Positions 40,650 to 50,359 of a stretch of 50,359 nucleotides of DNA are shown in pieces. Within the stretch, counting starts at the first letter, position 1. Each line of letters opens with the position of its first letter. The translations under genes and the position numbers were made by a program. Below the pieces are notes generated by a model. It was given only the letters and a program-made list of their open reading frames with translations, was not told the origin of the DNA and did not search any database. Source of the stretch: Chrysochromulina tobinii (taxonomy: Eukaryota); the NCBI GenBank assembly GCA_001275005.1, contig JWZX01003212.1:1-50359 (forward strand), written 5' to 3'.

Positions 40650-42568
40650 TCACGAGTAACAGTCCCAAGTGGAAAGGTCGATGCCTTCGGCCTTGCACCA
40701 CTTGTCCATCCAGTACCACGCCTCGGGGGTGGGGATGGTGCGTGGATGCGGCCCCTCGGCTTGACGGATGATGTTCTCGTCGCGCATGTGCCACACCTCC
40801 ATCAGGCACAAGTGCTCGGCTTTGGTAGCGCCCGCCGCCTGGCGCGTGAGGCTCCAGAAGCTCGAGACACGTGCCCGCGCGCGAGAGAGGTACTTGGATT
40901 GCGAGCGGCGCGAGTCCTCGAGGCAGTTGCAGAGCTGCTCGCCTTCGTAAAAGAGGCGTGAGAGCGAGAGGATCTCGGCGATGCGTACCGTCGCCTTGCG
41001 CGAGCCCGGCTCACCCTCGCCTCCCAATTCGTACGTGCCGTCGTACGGCACTTTGACAGCCGTGCCTGCCGGGATGGTCGCCTCCAACTCAAAGAGCCCC
41101 TTGAGGCCACGGGGATTGGGCTGAAAGGCCTCATCATACTCGGCCGGCAGACCGCCCGCGCCGTCGGCGGCCGCGGGCGGCATGTTCGACGCGACGTAAG
41201 CTTCGAAGGCGGCTCCCACCGTTTTCGGGGTGCGCCCTACGCACGTGTAGCTCGGGTTGAGCTGGCGCATCTCGGCAAAAAAGTCGAGGTAAGAACGCAC
41301 CTGATGAGGGACGCAATCAGAGACGACCATCAGACGCAATCAGAGACGGCACTCAGACGCACTCAGACGCCCTCAGGCGCCTCTCGGCGAACAGGTGTGC
41401 AAGTGAGGAGCAAGTAGGAGCGCACGGTGTACGGATCCGTGAGCGCTTCCTGGTGGCGAACGGTCCAATCGAGCATGACAAGAGCAAACTCTTCGATGTC
41501 CGCCCGCCCGAGAGTGCTGCCGAGCCGACTCTCGCACGCGGCATCGGCCACCCAATCCGCGCCGCCTAAGCTGGCCACCTGCGCCCGCCGCAGCGCGTGC
41601 AGCGGGCTGCCGCTGCTGCCGCCGCTGCTGCCGCCGCTGCTGCCGCCGCTGCTGCCGCCGCTGCTGCCGCCGCTGCCGCTGCTGCGCTCGTCCGCCTCCT
41701 CCTCTGTTGCTTCATATTCGTCGTCCACGAGGCCCATGACGCCACTCCCAGCCTGCAATGCTGCTGGAGCGGAGACCCGAGCAGGTGCGCCCTCTCCGAT
41801 GCGGCCGGCGGGGAGCTGCACGAAGTGCTTCGCAATCGTCTTGGTGATGCTCGGCGCGACCGCGGCTCGCATGCCGTCGAGCACTGAAGCGCCTCGCCCG
41901 ACCTCCGCGTGTACGTGCAGGAAGGCCTTCGAGATCCGGTGCGCTCCTTCGGACACCGGGCTACCGTCTCGGTAGGTCAGCGCGCCATGCAAGGCGGGCG
42001 GCACGTCCCACTTCTCAAGCAAGTGCACGGTGAGGCTGCGCAGCATCTCCTCGCATGAGGTCGCCTCTGCTGGATGCTGCCATCCGTCCAGTGGACGCAC
42101 CCACTTGTCCGCGGAGGTCCAAGCCGCCAGCCGTGCGAGCGGCAGGCAGATGGCCATGTCAGGCGTGCAGAGCAACGGCACGCGCTCGGTGCAAGCGTCA
42201 ACCAGTGCATTGAGAGATGGCTGATTGCGCTCGTACTCGGCCTCAAGCTCGGCCTGCGAGTAGGCCTGCGCTGGCGGGGGTGAGCTTGGCCCCATCCAGC
42301 CGACGGGCGACGAAAAGGGCTGAAGGCCTTTGTCGCCAGACAGGGTGAGCGCGCATGAGAGGATGTACCAACGCTCTGTCGCCTCCCGAAAGCCTGCCAT
42401 GTTGTACTCCAGAGCGGCTGCGGCGGCCGCGGCGGCCGCGGCGGCCGTGGCGGCCGCATCGTCGGCGGCCGCATCCATGCGGTGATGAGGGATGCATCGT
42501 GCAACCGAATGCCTCGGCGTCGGTGGATGCGCGCGCGGCGCGGCGGCGGCGAGCATGAGTGCGAGCAT
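40650..42568 (-). CDS. PcfJ-like domain protein with hydrophobic N-terminal leader
   Basis: Exons 42568-41426 and 41300-40650. Motifs WVRPLDGW..LRSLTVHLLEKWDVP and LFYEGEQLCNCL..Y..SSFWSL..LMEV..IRQAEG..MDKWC resemble bacterial PcfJ-domain proteins (recognition from memory). Confidence 0.7.
41301..41425 (-). other. GT-AG intron (125 nt), exon-duplicating family, module B
   Basis: Joins two ORFs in phase 0 (DPYT|VRSYLDFF). Starts GTGCGCTCCTACTTG versus exon GTGCGTTCTTACCTC. Contains ~10-12-nt repeats and ends GATTGCGTCCCTCATCAG. Confidence 0.92.
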
Positions 42569-43008
42569 GGCGCCGCCAAGGGGGGTACCCCGCCTTTTGC
42601 TTTTCACAGAATACACGTTCAACAAATGGGTCTCAGCCGAGAGGACGGCGAGATCCATCCTCCTCGGCCTCGGGAGCTGCAGTGGGAGAAATCATGCGGC
42701 GGGCGGCCTTTTCGCTTTTGACGTTCGGACCTGCTCCTGCATTCAATTCCTACACTGTGTGAAAGAGATCGCTTTCAACTAGCGCGAATGGTTTTCTACA
42801 CGTTCCCATGCACGGTCCTCATCGACAAGGTCGGGGCGGCGTCGGCTTGAGCCGTCATTCATAGAGGCTCCTCGCAGTGCCCCGGGTGCCCGTCCCTAGG
42901 TGAAGGACCGCGGAGGGCGGCCGGCCGGCCGCGAAAGTCGGTGGTTCTATCTCGACACGCTGACCGTATACGTGCTGCTGCTGCTGCTTCTGTTGCTGCT
43001 CACGCAGC

Positions 43009-43520
43009 TCACTCGGCGACTGTTGACATCGTGGCTGTCGATTTCATGCTCTTGGCCATCGATTTGGCTGTGGCCGCCGACTTAACGCTCATCGTGTACT
43101 CCGAGCCGCCCATCGCATCCAGCTGCGTCGACACCTCGTTCAGTGCCTCCTCGAGCTCCTTCTTGAGCTCCTTTAGCACTTGCTGCGCGCGCGCGCGCGA
43201 GGCCGATAGGATATGCTCAGCTCGGGACGCTTGCTCCGCAGCCGCACCATGCGTGCAACATGGGTGTGCGGCAGTGGTGCACGCGAACGCACCTTACGCG
43301 GCGGTCGTAGCATGGAGACGGGCGTCGGTTGTAGGTCGCATAGGTCGGCCACCTTATTCTTAAGCTTCTCGAGCCTCGCGTGCTCCTGCGAGTTGAGCGG
43401 GAAGACAGGGCGCGGCGCAAATGGCGCATCCTCGGCATGCTGCTGGCTCCACGAGAGCTTAGACTTGCCCTCGCGGCGGATGGTCTCGTTGTACACTTGC
43501 GTCTCGAAGGTAGTCGTCAT
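43009..43520 (-). CDS. Small hypothetical coiled-coil protein (133 aa) with an ordinary intron at 43183-43292
   Basis: AAG|GTGCG...GCGCAG|CAA splice gives PPRK|QVLKELKKELEEALNEV. This intron has no exon duplication and no shared module. Confidence 0.7.
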
Positions 43521-43760
43521 GACGGCCTCGGAGCTGGCGAGCGACGACGCGAGCTTGGACCTAGGTCAGCGCGTCCGGCTGCTGGGAACGGCCAACCAAG
43601 CGCGCCGGTACGGCGCCTTCATACGAGGGGCAAACGATTATACGCACAGAGAGCCCGCGTCATGCCTGATGTTGCCTACATGTATATGCGCGCACGGCGA
43701 ATGTGATTTCGACCCTTTTCTTCGTCGTCGATCATCGTTCACACGACCGTCCAACCACCC

Positions 43761-44951
43761 ATGCTTCCCCCCTTCCGCCGGCTCGCTACCGCCCTCGGCC
43801 GCGCCCTGCCCTCCAAGGCCCTCAGCCGCGCACTGCCCTCAAAGAAAGCAGGGAGCTCCGAAACTCCGACGGTAGCCGTCACGCCGCCGCTGCCCGAGCC
43901 TGAGGTCGAGATCCCCAGGGACATAGCAGGCGTGAGCCTCGATGATTTTGACCTGCTCAAAGTGCTCGGCAAGGGCGGCTTTGGCAAGGTGATGCTCGTG
44001 CGCAAGAAGAATACGAGCGATTTTTACGCGATGAAGGTGCTCAAAAAGGAGGCTGTCATCAGACGCAACCAGGTGGCGCACACCAAGACCGAGACACACA
44101 TCCTAAAGCAGATCCGGCATCCTTTCCTGACTCACATGGCGTACGCCTTCCAGAGCGAAGGCAAGCTGTACATGGTCCTCAACTACCTGCCGGGCGGCGA
44201 ACTGTTCTATCAGCTCAAGCGCGAGGGGCGCTTCTCCATCGAACGCGTCCGGCTCTACACGGCTGAAATCGGCATGGGATTGGGGCACCTACATTCGCTC
44301 GACATGATCTACCGCGACCTCAAGCCAGAGAATATCCTGCTGGACGAGGTCGGCCACGTGTGCCTGACCGACTTTGGTCTGTCCAAGGAGATGATCAGCA
44401 CGCCTAACGCGGCGCACACCTTCTGCGGCACGCCCGAGTACATCGCGCCCGAGATCTTGCAGGGCGTGGGCCATGGCAAGGCCGTTGACTGGTGGTCGCT
44501 CGGCACCCTCGTGTTCGAAATGCTCACGGGGCTTCCGCCCTTTTACAGCCGCAACATTAACCAGATGTACGAAATGATCCTAAGAGCCGAGCTGCGCTGC
44601 CCCACCTACCTGCCACCCGACATCAAGGACTTGATTGAGAAGCTGCTCGTCCGCGACCCGCTGCGCCGGCTCGGCTCGGGCCAGGGAGACCTCGCAGAGC
44701 TTGAGAGGCACCCGTTCTTCCAGCTGCTCGATTTCAGCAAGGTCTTCAACCGCGAGTACACGCCCATCTACAAGCCCAGCCTTGGATGCGTCACCGACGT
44801 CGCCAACTTCGACCCCACCTTCACCAGAGAGCACGCCGTCGACTCACTCGTCGAGCCGAGCCATCAAGCAGGCCAACCAAACCATTTTGAGGGGTTCTCG
44901 TACCGGGCGAGCTATGGGGCGAGCGTGCGCAATCTCTTAGAACCGTCTTAG
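43761..44951 (+). CDS. AGC-group Ser/Thr kinase (SGK/Akt/S6K-like, no PH domain)
   Basis: LGKGGFGKV, YAMKVLKK, YRDLKPEN, DFG, TFCGTPEYIAPE, NFDPTFT and the hydrophobic motif FEGFSY. Confidence 0.96.
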   Translation: MLPPFRRLATALGRALPSKALSRALPSKKAGSSETPTVAVTPPLPEPEVEIPRDIAGVSLDDFDLLKVLGKGGFGKVMLVRKKNTSDFYAMKVLKKEAVIRRNQVAHTKTETHILKQIRHPFLTHMAYAFQSEGKLYMVLNYLPGGELFYQLKREGRFSIERVRLYTAEIGMGLGHLHSLDMIYRDLKPENILLDEVGHVCLTDFGLSKEMISTPNAAHTFCGTPEYIAPEILQGVGHGKAVDWWSLGTLVFEMLTGLPPFYSRNINQMYEMILRAELRCPTYLPPDIKDLIEKLLVRDPLRRLGSGQGDLAELERHPFFQLLDFSKVFNREYTPIYKPSLGCVTDVANFDPTFTREHAVDSLVEPSHQAGQPNHFEGFSYRASYGASVRNLLEPS

Positions 44952-45496
44952 AAACGTGTGCGGTGAGTTCGGTTCTTGTAAATTTATGTCGTGTCAGAAC
45001 TGCGGCACATCAGAACTCGCCCGCACATCACACGATATGTCTTGGGCGATTACATTCGGCATGGGATGCCGCCAACGCGGCTCCGCACGCACCCGCGCGG
45101 GGATCTGTGAATGTGACCACACTGGACCCCTCAAGACCCGCCGCGACGTATACGTGCCTTCATGCCACGCTGCACTGAGGTCTGCTGCCGAGGGCGATAC
45201 GCATGTACTCACGTCACACCTCCTCGCGCTCGTCTCGAGCTCTCGGCGCGCACGCGCACGCTCCCCTGTGCCCCTGGCTGGCTGGGTGGCTCTCTGGCCG
45301 CCATCCTGCTCCCCACACGTCACAACCCCTTCTCTGACTCGCTGTTGTCTCTCGCAAGGTTCGCTGGCCCCGGTCCCCTCGCCACGAAAAGCCCCGAGCG
45401 CACGGCCCATGCTGAAGAGCGTGGCGGCAGCGCGCCGCCGCGCTCCGATGGCGCACAGACGCCCCTCAGTGAGCGCGGCTGCAAGCGCCCCGGGTC

Positions 45497-48400
45497 CTAC
45501 CGCTGATACGGCGGCACCAGCGCGTACGGGTCAGCGGCGGCCGCCGCCACAGCGCCGCCAGTCGCATGCGCTGGCGTGGTCGGCTTGCGGGCGAGTCGGC
45601 GCGCCTCGTCGCGCCCGAGGGTCCGACCCTCTGCCTCCGTCGGGCCGCCGCGGGTGGGCGAGCCTGCAGTCGGAGGACGAGGTCCGCTCAGCTGTGTCGG
45701 CTGGTAGCCTGGAGGGTACGCCGAGAAGCCGCTGCCGCCCAGCGCCGAGGAGGAGCCGCTCATAGGGGGCGGATAGCTCGAGGTGGCGGGACGGCCGTAT
45801 GGGTACGCCGCGGGCACCGGCTGCAGCTGCTGCGAGGGCGTGTACGAGCTCGGTGCCTCGAAGGCCGCGCCCGTGCCCGCCGCGCCTCCGCTGGCCGAGG
45901 ACCAGCTGGCGCCGGCGGGGCCGCCCGCGCCGGCGGAGGAGATGGCATGTGATATGCGTTGGAACTGGCTGAAGTCGAGCTGGGTCCGTGGCTGATCCTG
46001 CAGCGACGCGAAGATGGCAAGGGCGACGCCGCCAGTAGTGTCCACGCCCGCGCGCATGAGAGCGGGGCGCACATCTGCAACGGGGATGGTGCCCACACCA
46101 CGTGTGTCGAATGCCCGGAACGCTGCTCGAAGCGAAGCGACCTGGGCCGAGGGTGCGACGCCCTGCAGCGCGCGCAGCTTACGCAGCAGCCGCGCGAATT
46201 CTGCAAGGTCGAGCCGGCCGTCCGTGTCGCGATCGAACTCATGCAGCACCGAGATGGCCTGCGCCGAGTCGGCCTGCAGATGAAGGTCCTTGAGGGCCTG
46301 TCGAAGCTCGCGGGACGTGAGGAAACCATTCCTTTTTTGGTCGTGCCGATCGAAGATCACCTTGGCTTCCATGAGCTCGGCCACGGCCACGCTGTCACCA
46401 CCAGACCGGCCGCCGCCGCCGCCGCCGATGCCGCCGCCGCTGCCGCCGCCGCCGCTACCAGCGCCGCCACCCGGCAGGGCTTTGGTCGCTTCGCTCTCCA
46501 GAGTGGCGACGAGGGCGCGGAACTCACCCAGCCGCAGAGCGCCGTCGCCGTCGGCGTCCGCATCGGCAAAGTGCGCAAGGGTCTTGGGGGTCACCTCCAT
46601 GCCGAGGGAGCGCAGCGCCGCGGCCACCTCTTTCATCGACAGGTAGCCCGAGCCATCGCGGTCAAACTTGTCGAAGGCCTTATCGAGGGTTGCCATGCCT
46701 AGACTGCCCGACGCGGGCGCGCCCGACCTACCGCCGCCTTTTGTGCCGCCCTTGGCGCCCAAGGAAGGAGCAGCGGGCTGCAAGTTGAGGTAGACCGAGG
46801 AGGCGGGCGTGGCCTGGGACGAACGGTACGGGTCGTTGGGATTCGGGGCCGCCGCTGGGGCGGGGTACGAAGTAGACGAAGGCGCGGGGCGCGTGGCGCC
46901 GCCGTCGTAGCCCTTGATGTAACTGCCGTTGCCAGCCTCGTACTTGACGCCGGCACCGCTCGAGGCGCCTGGGCCGCCGGACAGAGACAGGTCGCGCGGC
47001 TCGAAACGCGAGGGCCGGAGCCCCGCCGCCGCCGGCCGTGGCGCCGCTCAAGTACTCGTACGCATCTCTCGTGTCCGGGCGCGAGGCCGGCGGCGAGTAC
47101 TGTGGCGGTGGCGAGTACCGGGCGCCGCCAGCGCCGCCGATGGCGCTCGCAAAGACCGCGGGCGGCGCGCGGCGCGGCGCCGAGACGAGCGGATGCTCGC
47201 GCGCCTCCCGCTCTCCCAATTGCTCGTCGACTTCGAACCGAAGCACCATGCGCATCTTGAGAGGCAGCGGCGTGGGCGGCGGGCCGCCGGGCGCGCGCGC
47301 GTTGACGAACTCGTACATGCACGGCCCGGGGAAGGACCAAGCGAGCCCACCCTTGACGGCGACCGCCTTCGCATGCGGCGCCGCCTCCACGTTGAAGTAC
47401 GCCCCCGAGTCGAAGATGGTGGCGTGCTCGACGCGCGTCTGCCCATGTGCATCGCGCGCGCTCATCACGATGCAGTGTCGGCTGTGTGAGTCGGCGTTCG
47501 CGGGCAGCGTGATCTCCGTAATCTCGAGCCGGCCGTGAGCGTCCACCCAAAACGAGTAAGGTCGCTCCGGCTCGAGTCTCTCGAGGGCCACGCGCTTGGC
47601 AAAGAGCACCGCGCCGTTCACGCCGCCCCCCGCGCCCGCGCCATCGGCGGCGCCGCCGGCGCCGCCGTACAAAGCGATGGCGCCCTTGCGCTGGGCCGTG
47701 GGCGAGCCACGGCCATCGAGCGCGAGCGAGCGGCGCGCCGGCGGGTTGTCAAATTGGCCGAGGTACCTAATGAGGGAGGCAATCAGAGACCATCAGAGGC
47801 CATCAGAGGCCATCAGAGGCCCTCAGAGGCCCTCAGAGGCCCTCAGAGACCATCAGAGGCCATCAGAGGCCCTCAGAGGCAGTCGAAGAGTTACCGGTAG
47901 AGCTTCTCGAACTCGGCGAGCGACAGCTTGCCGTCATTGTTGGAGTTGGCCGTGTGGAAGCCCTTCACGTCAAACTCGCTTGCGACGACGCCCAGCTTGC
48001 GCAGCCCCGGAAGCAACTCGGCCTGCGTGAGCGCGCCGTCGCCGTTGGCATCGATGGATGTGAACGCCTTGCGCACGGCGATGAACGGCTTGACGGCTGC
48101 GCTCGCACGCACCGTCAGGGTGATGGTGCCCATAGGACCGCCGTCCGCGCTCGAGAGGAGCGGAAACTCCTCCTTGCGGAGGTCGTGCCCACGCGCGAGG
48201 TCGATCTCAGCGTATGCGAGCTCGGCCGGGGGCGCGAGGGAGCCGCCTCCCCGCCCGGCATGCAACATCACGCGCAGCGGCAACGACGGTTCCAGGGCGA
48301 CGACGCTGCGGTCGGCCGCCTCCTGCGCGCGCCGGTGAAGGTCGATGACCATGCGATTGAACTGGCCGATGTCGATCTTGCCGTCCGCCGCGTCGCTGTA

Positions 48401-50359
48401 CTTGCTCATCACGGCCTTGATCTCGTCGGCCGAGGCGTCGAGATCGAGCTGCTTGAACGCCTCCCGAATCTCGCGCTCGTCGAGCAGGCCCGAGCGGTCG
48501 CGGTCGTACCGTTCAAACGCGTCGCGCACGCCAGACGAGACCACGCCCTCCACGGCCTCGAGCGCGGCGAGCGCCGCGTTGGGCGGTGGGCGGAAGATGC
48601 CCTGGCGCACCGCACGCAGCGCCGCCGACTTGGGGCCCAGCCGGTACGTGGCCGACCACTCGACGGCGATTGGCAGCGGCCCGCCGCCGTCGGCGCCCTC
48701 GGCCATCCGCACAGCGTGGGAGGCTTCGCTCATCTCGGCGGTGTCCTTGAGCTCGGCCAATCTTGTGCCCACCGAAATCGTGCGTACGCTCGGGTCGGCC
48801 GCAAGGGTCGACGCGGACAGGCGCACCGTGTGCACGGTCACCTCGATCCCCTTGGGCCGCCGGTGCGCCTTGGCGATCGCCTGCGGGGAATTCTCACGCA
48901 CCATCCGCCCCTTTTGAACGGCCTGGAGCTTCAGCGCAGCCGCCTCTCTCTTACGAGCTTCGAGCGGCGCGGCGCCGAGCGCTGTGGGCGCCGCAACGGC
49001 GCCCTTGCCCGCACCGCCGCCGGCCGCACTGGCCGCGCCGCTCTTGGGCTTGTTGTCACTCGAGCTCTTGGTGAACCTGGCCCGCATCTTGGCGATGTCG
49101 CCCACATCAAACGACTTGAGCAGCTCGTACAGCTTCTTGTGCGGCAGCGCAGTCTTCAGTGCGGGCTTCGGCTCCGCGTACAGGCGCGAGAGGCGCAGGA
49201 GCAGCTCGTCAAACTCCTTGCGCGTCACGCCCTCGTAGGTCGCGGGGGGCTCCCGGCTCGCAGCGTCGGGCGGCGGCGGATTTGCCGCGCGCAGCTGCTT
49301 GATCGCGGCGCGCACGTTGGTCTCGCCGAGCGAGCCGGGCACCAGGTTGAAGTCCTTGAGCATCTGCACGCACGTCTCGGGGTCGAGCCGGATCGACTTG
49401 CCCTGCAGCCGCGCGTATTGCTCGAAGAGCTCCGAGAGGGCCACCTTGAAATTCGTCAGCGCGTTGAGCACCTCCTGCGACTTCATCTGCTGGGAAATCT
49501 CCTGCGGCTTTACGGCGTCCGTCACCTTCCCCGTGGCCGCCGCCGCCGCCGCCGCCGCCGTCGCCGCCGTCGCCGACGGGCGCACACCCAGGCGCGCCTC
49601 CTCCTTTGCACGCTGCTGCTCGGCCTGCAGCTCGAGCACCATCGCGTTGAACTCGTTGATGTCGAGGTCCTTGTTGGTCGTGGCGGAGTCGTACCGCTCG
49701 AGGATAGCGATCGCCTCGGCAGTCGTGTAGTCCATCCCGAGATGCTTGAGCGCCGCCTTGAGCTCGGTCTTGTCCAGCGTGCCCGAGTTGTCCTTGTCAA
49801 ACGTCGCGAACGTCGTGCTCACCGTCTGGGAGACGCCCTGCGCCGGCGCCGGCTCCTGCACCTTCGGCTGGGCGCGCGCGACCGTGGCTGTCGCCGGTCG
49901 AGCGGCGGCGGCCGTCGCGGTCGCGGGCCGCGCCGCCGTCGCCGCGGCCGTCGCCGTGGGAGAACCATAGCTCACCGCCTTGCTCGTCGCCGCCACCGGC
50001 CGCGCCGCCGCCGCCGTGGACGTGGGAGAGGCTGACGTGGGAGAGGCTGTACGCACAGGTGAGGCCGTCGTCGGGCGCGCGGCAGCGGCCGTTGCGGGTC
50101 GTGCCGCCGTGCTAGTAGGCGATACGGATCCCGGCCGAGCCGCCGTCGCGGTGGTCGTAGCGGTGACCGGGCGCGCGGCGGTGGCCGCCGTCGTAGCGGT
50201 GGCGACCGCCGGCCGTGCGGCCGAAGCAGGCGAAGCACTTGCTGTCGCTGGCCGCGCCGCCGTCGCCGCCGTCGCCGTCGCTGTTGCGGGGCGTGCCGCC
50301 GTGGCAGTGGTGGCGGCGGCCGTCGCCGGCGCGGGTCGCGCCGCGGCAGCCGTCGCGGT
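45497..50359 (-). CDS. Large multi-EF-hand protein with IQ-like motif (5' end outside window)
   Basis: ORFs 47891-50056, 46728-47672 and 45497-46783 joined by intron 47767-47894 and a frameshift at ~47021. Many EF loops (DKDNSGTLDKTE, DRDRSGLLDERE, DANGDGALTQAE, DRDGSGYLSMKE, DRDTDGRLDLAE); IQ-like AALKLQAVQKGRMVR. Confidence 0.85.
47767..47894 (-). other. GT-AG intron (128 nt), exon-duplicating family, module B with ten decamer repeats
   Basis: Removal bypasses a TAA and joins the frames (KLYR|YLGQFD). Starts GTAACTCTTCGAC versus exon GTACCTCGGCCAATTTGAC. (GCCTCTGATG/GCCTCTGAGG)n; ends GATTGCCTCCCTCATTAG. Confidence 0.92.

Noticed and set aside
41301..41340. Hammerhead core CTGATGAG
   Set aside because: It is the reverse complement of the intron acceptor CTCATCAG; no stem II or GAAA follows.
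47954..50035. 693-aa plus-strand ORF
   Set aside because: Antisense shadow of the GC3-rich EF-hand gene, with non-protein-like composition.

Overview
GC-rich, gene-dense eukaryotic genomic DNA. The intron motifs and Pro-rich secreted proteins resemble a haptophyte alga such as Chrysochromulina; this assignment is an inference, not a search result. About 18 protein-coding loci are supportable. They include a secreted RCC1-repeat/LamG protein, a large Pro-rich membrane protein, a PIG-type alkaline-phosphatase-fold membrane protein, an APC amino-acid permease, a TPR-GT4-TPR-GT41 double glycosyltransferase, a disrupted FkbM methyltransferase, two EF-hand proteins, a Myb protein, a calpain, a bacterial-type PcfJ-like protein and an AGC kinase. 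Most short ORFs in the track are antisense or frame shadows. The strongest novel signal is a family of five spliceosomal introns in five unrelated genes. Each begins with a diverged copy of the first 10-33 nt of the downstream exon, which supplies the GT donor, and ends in one of two shared acceptor modules. The differences between the copies are mostly synonymous, which suggests an unusual introner-like intron-gain mechanism. Secondary signals are an orphan ORF with a hairpin-dense 3' tail followed by a 30-nt-period repeat/spacer mini-array, and two further hairpin-dense non-coding regions. All structures were read by eye; no folding or database search was run.
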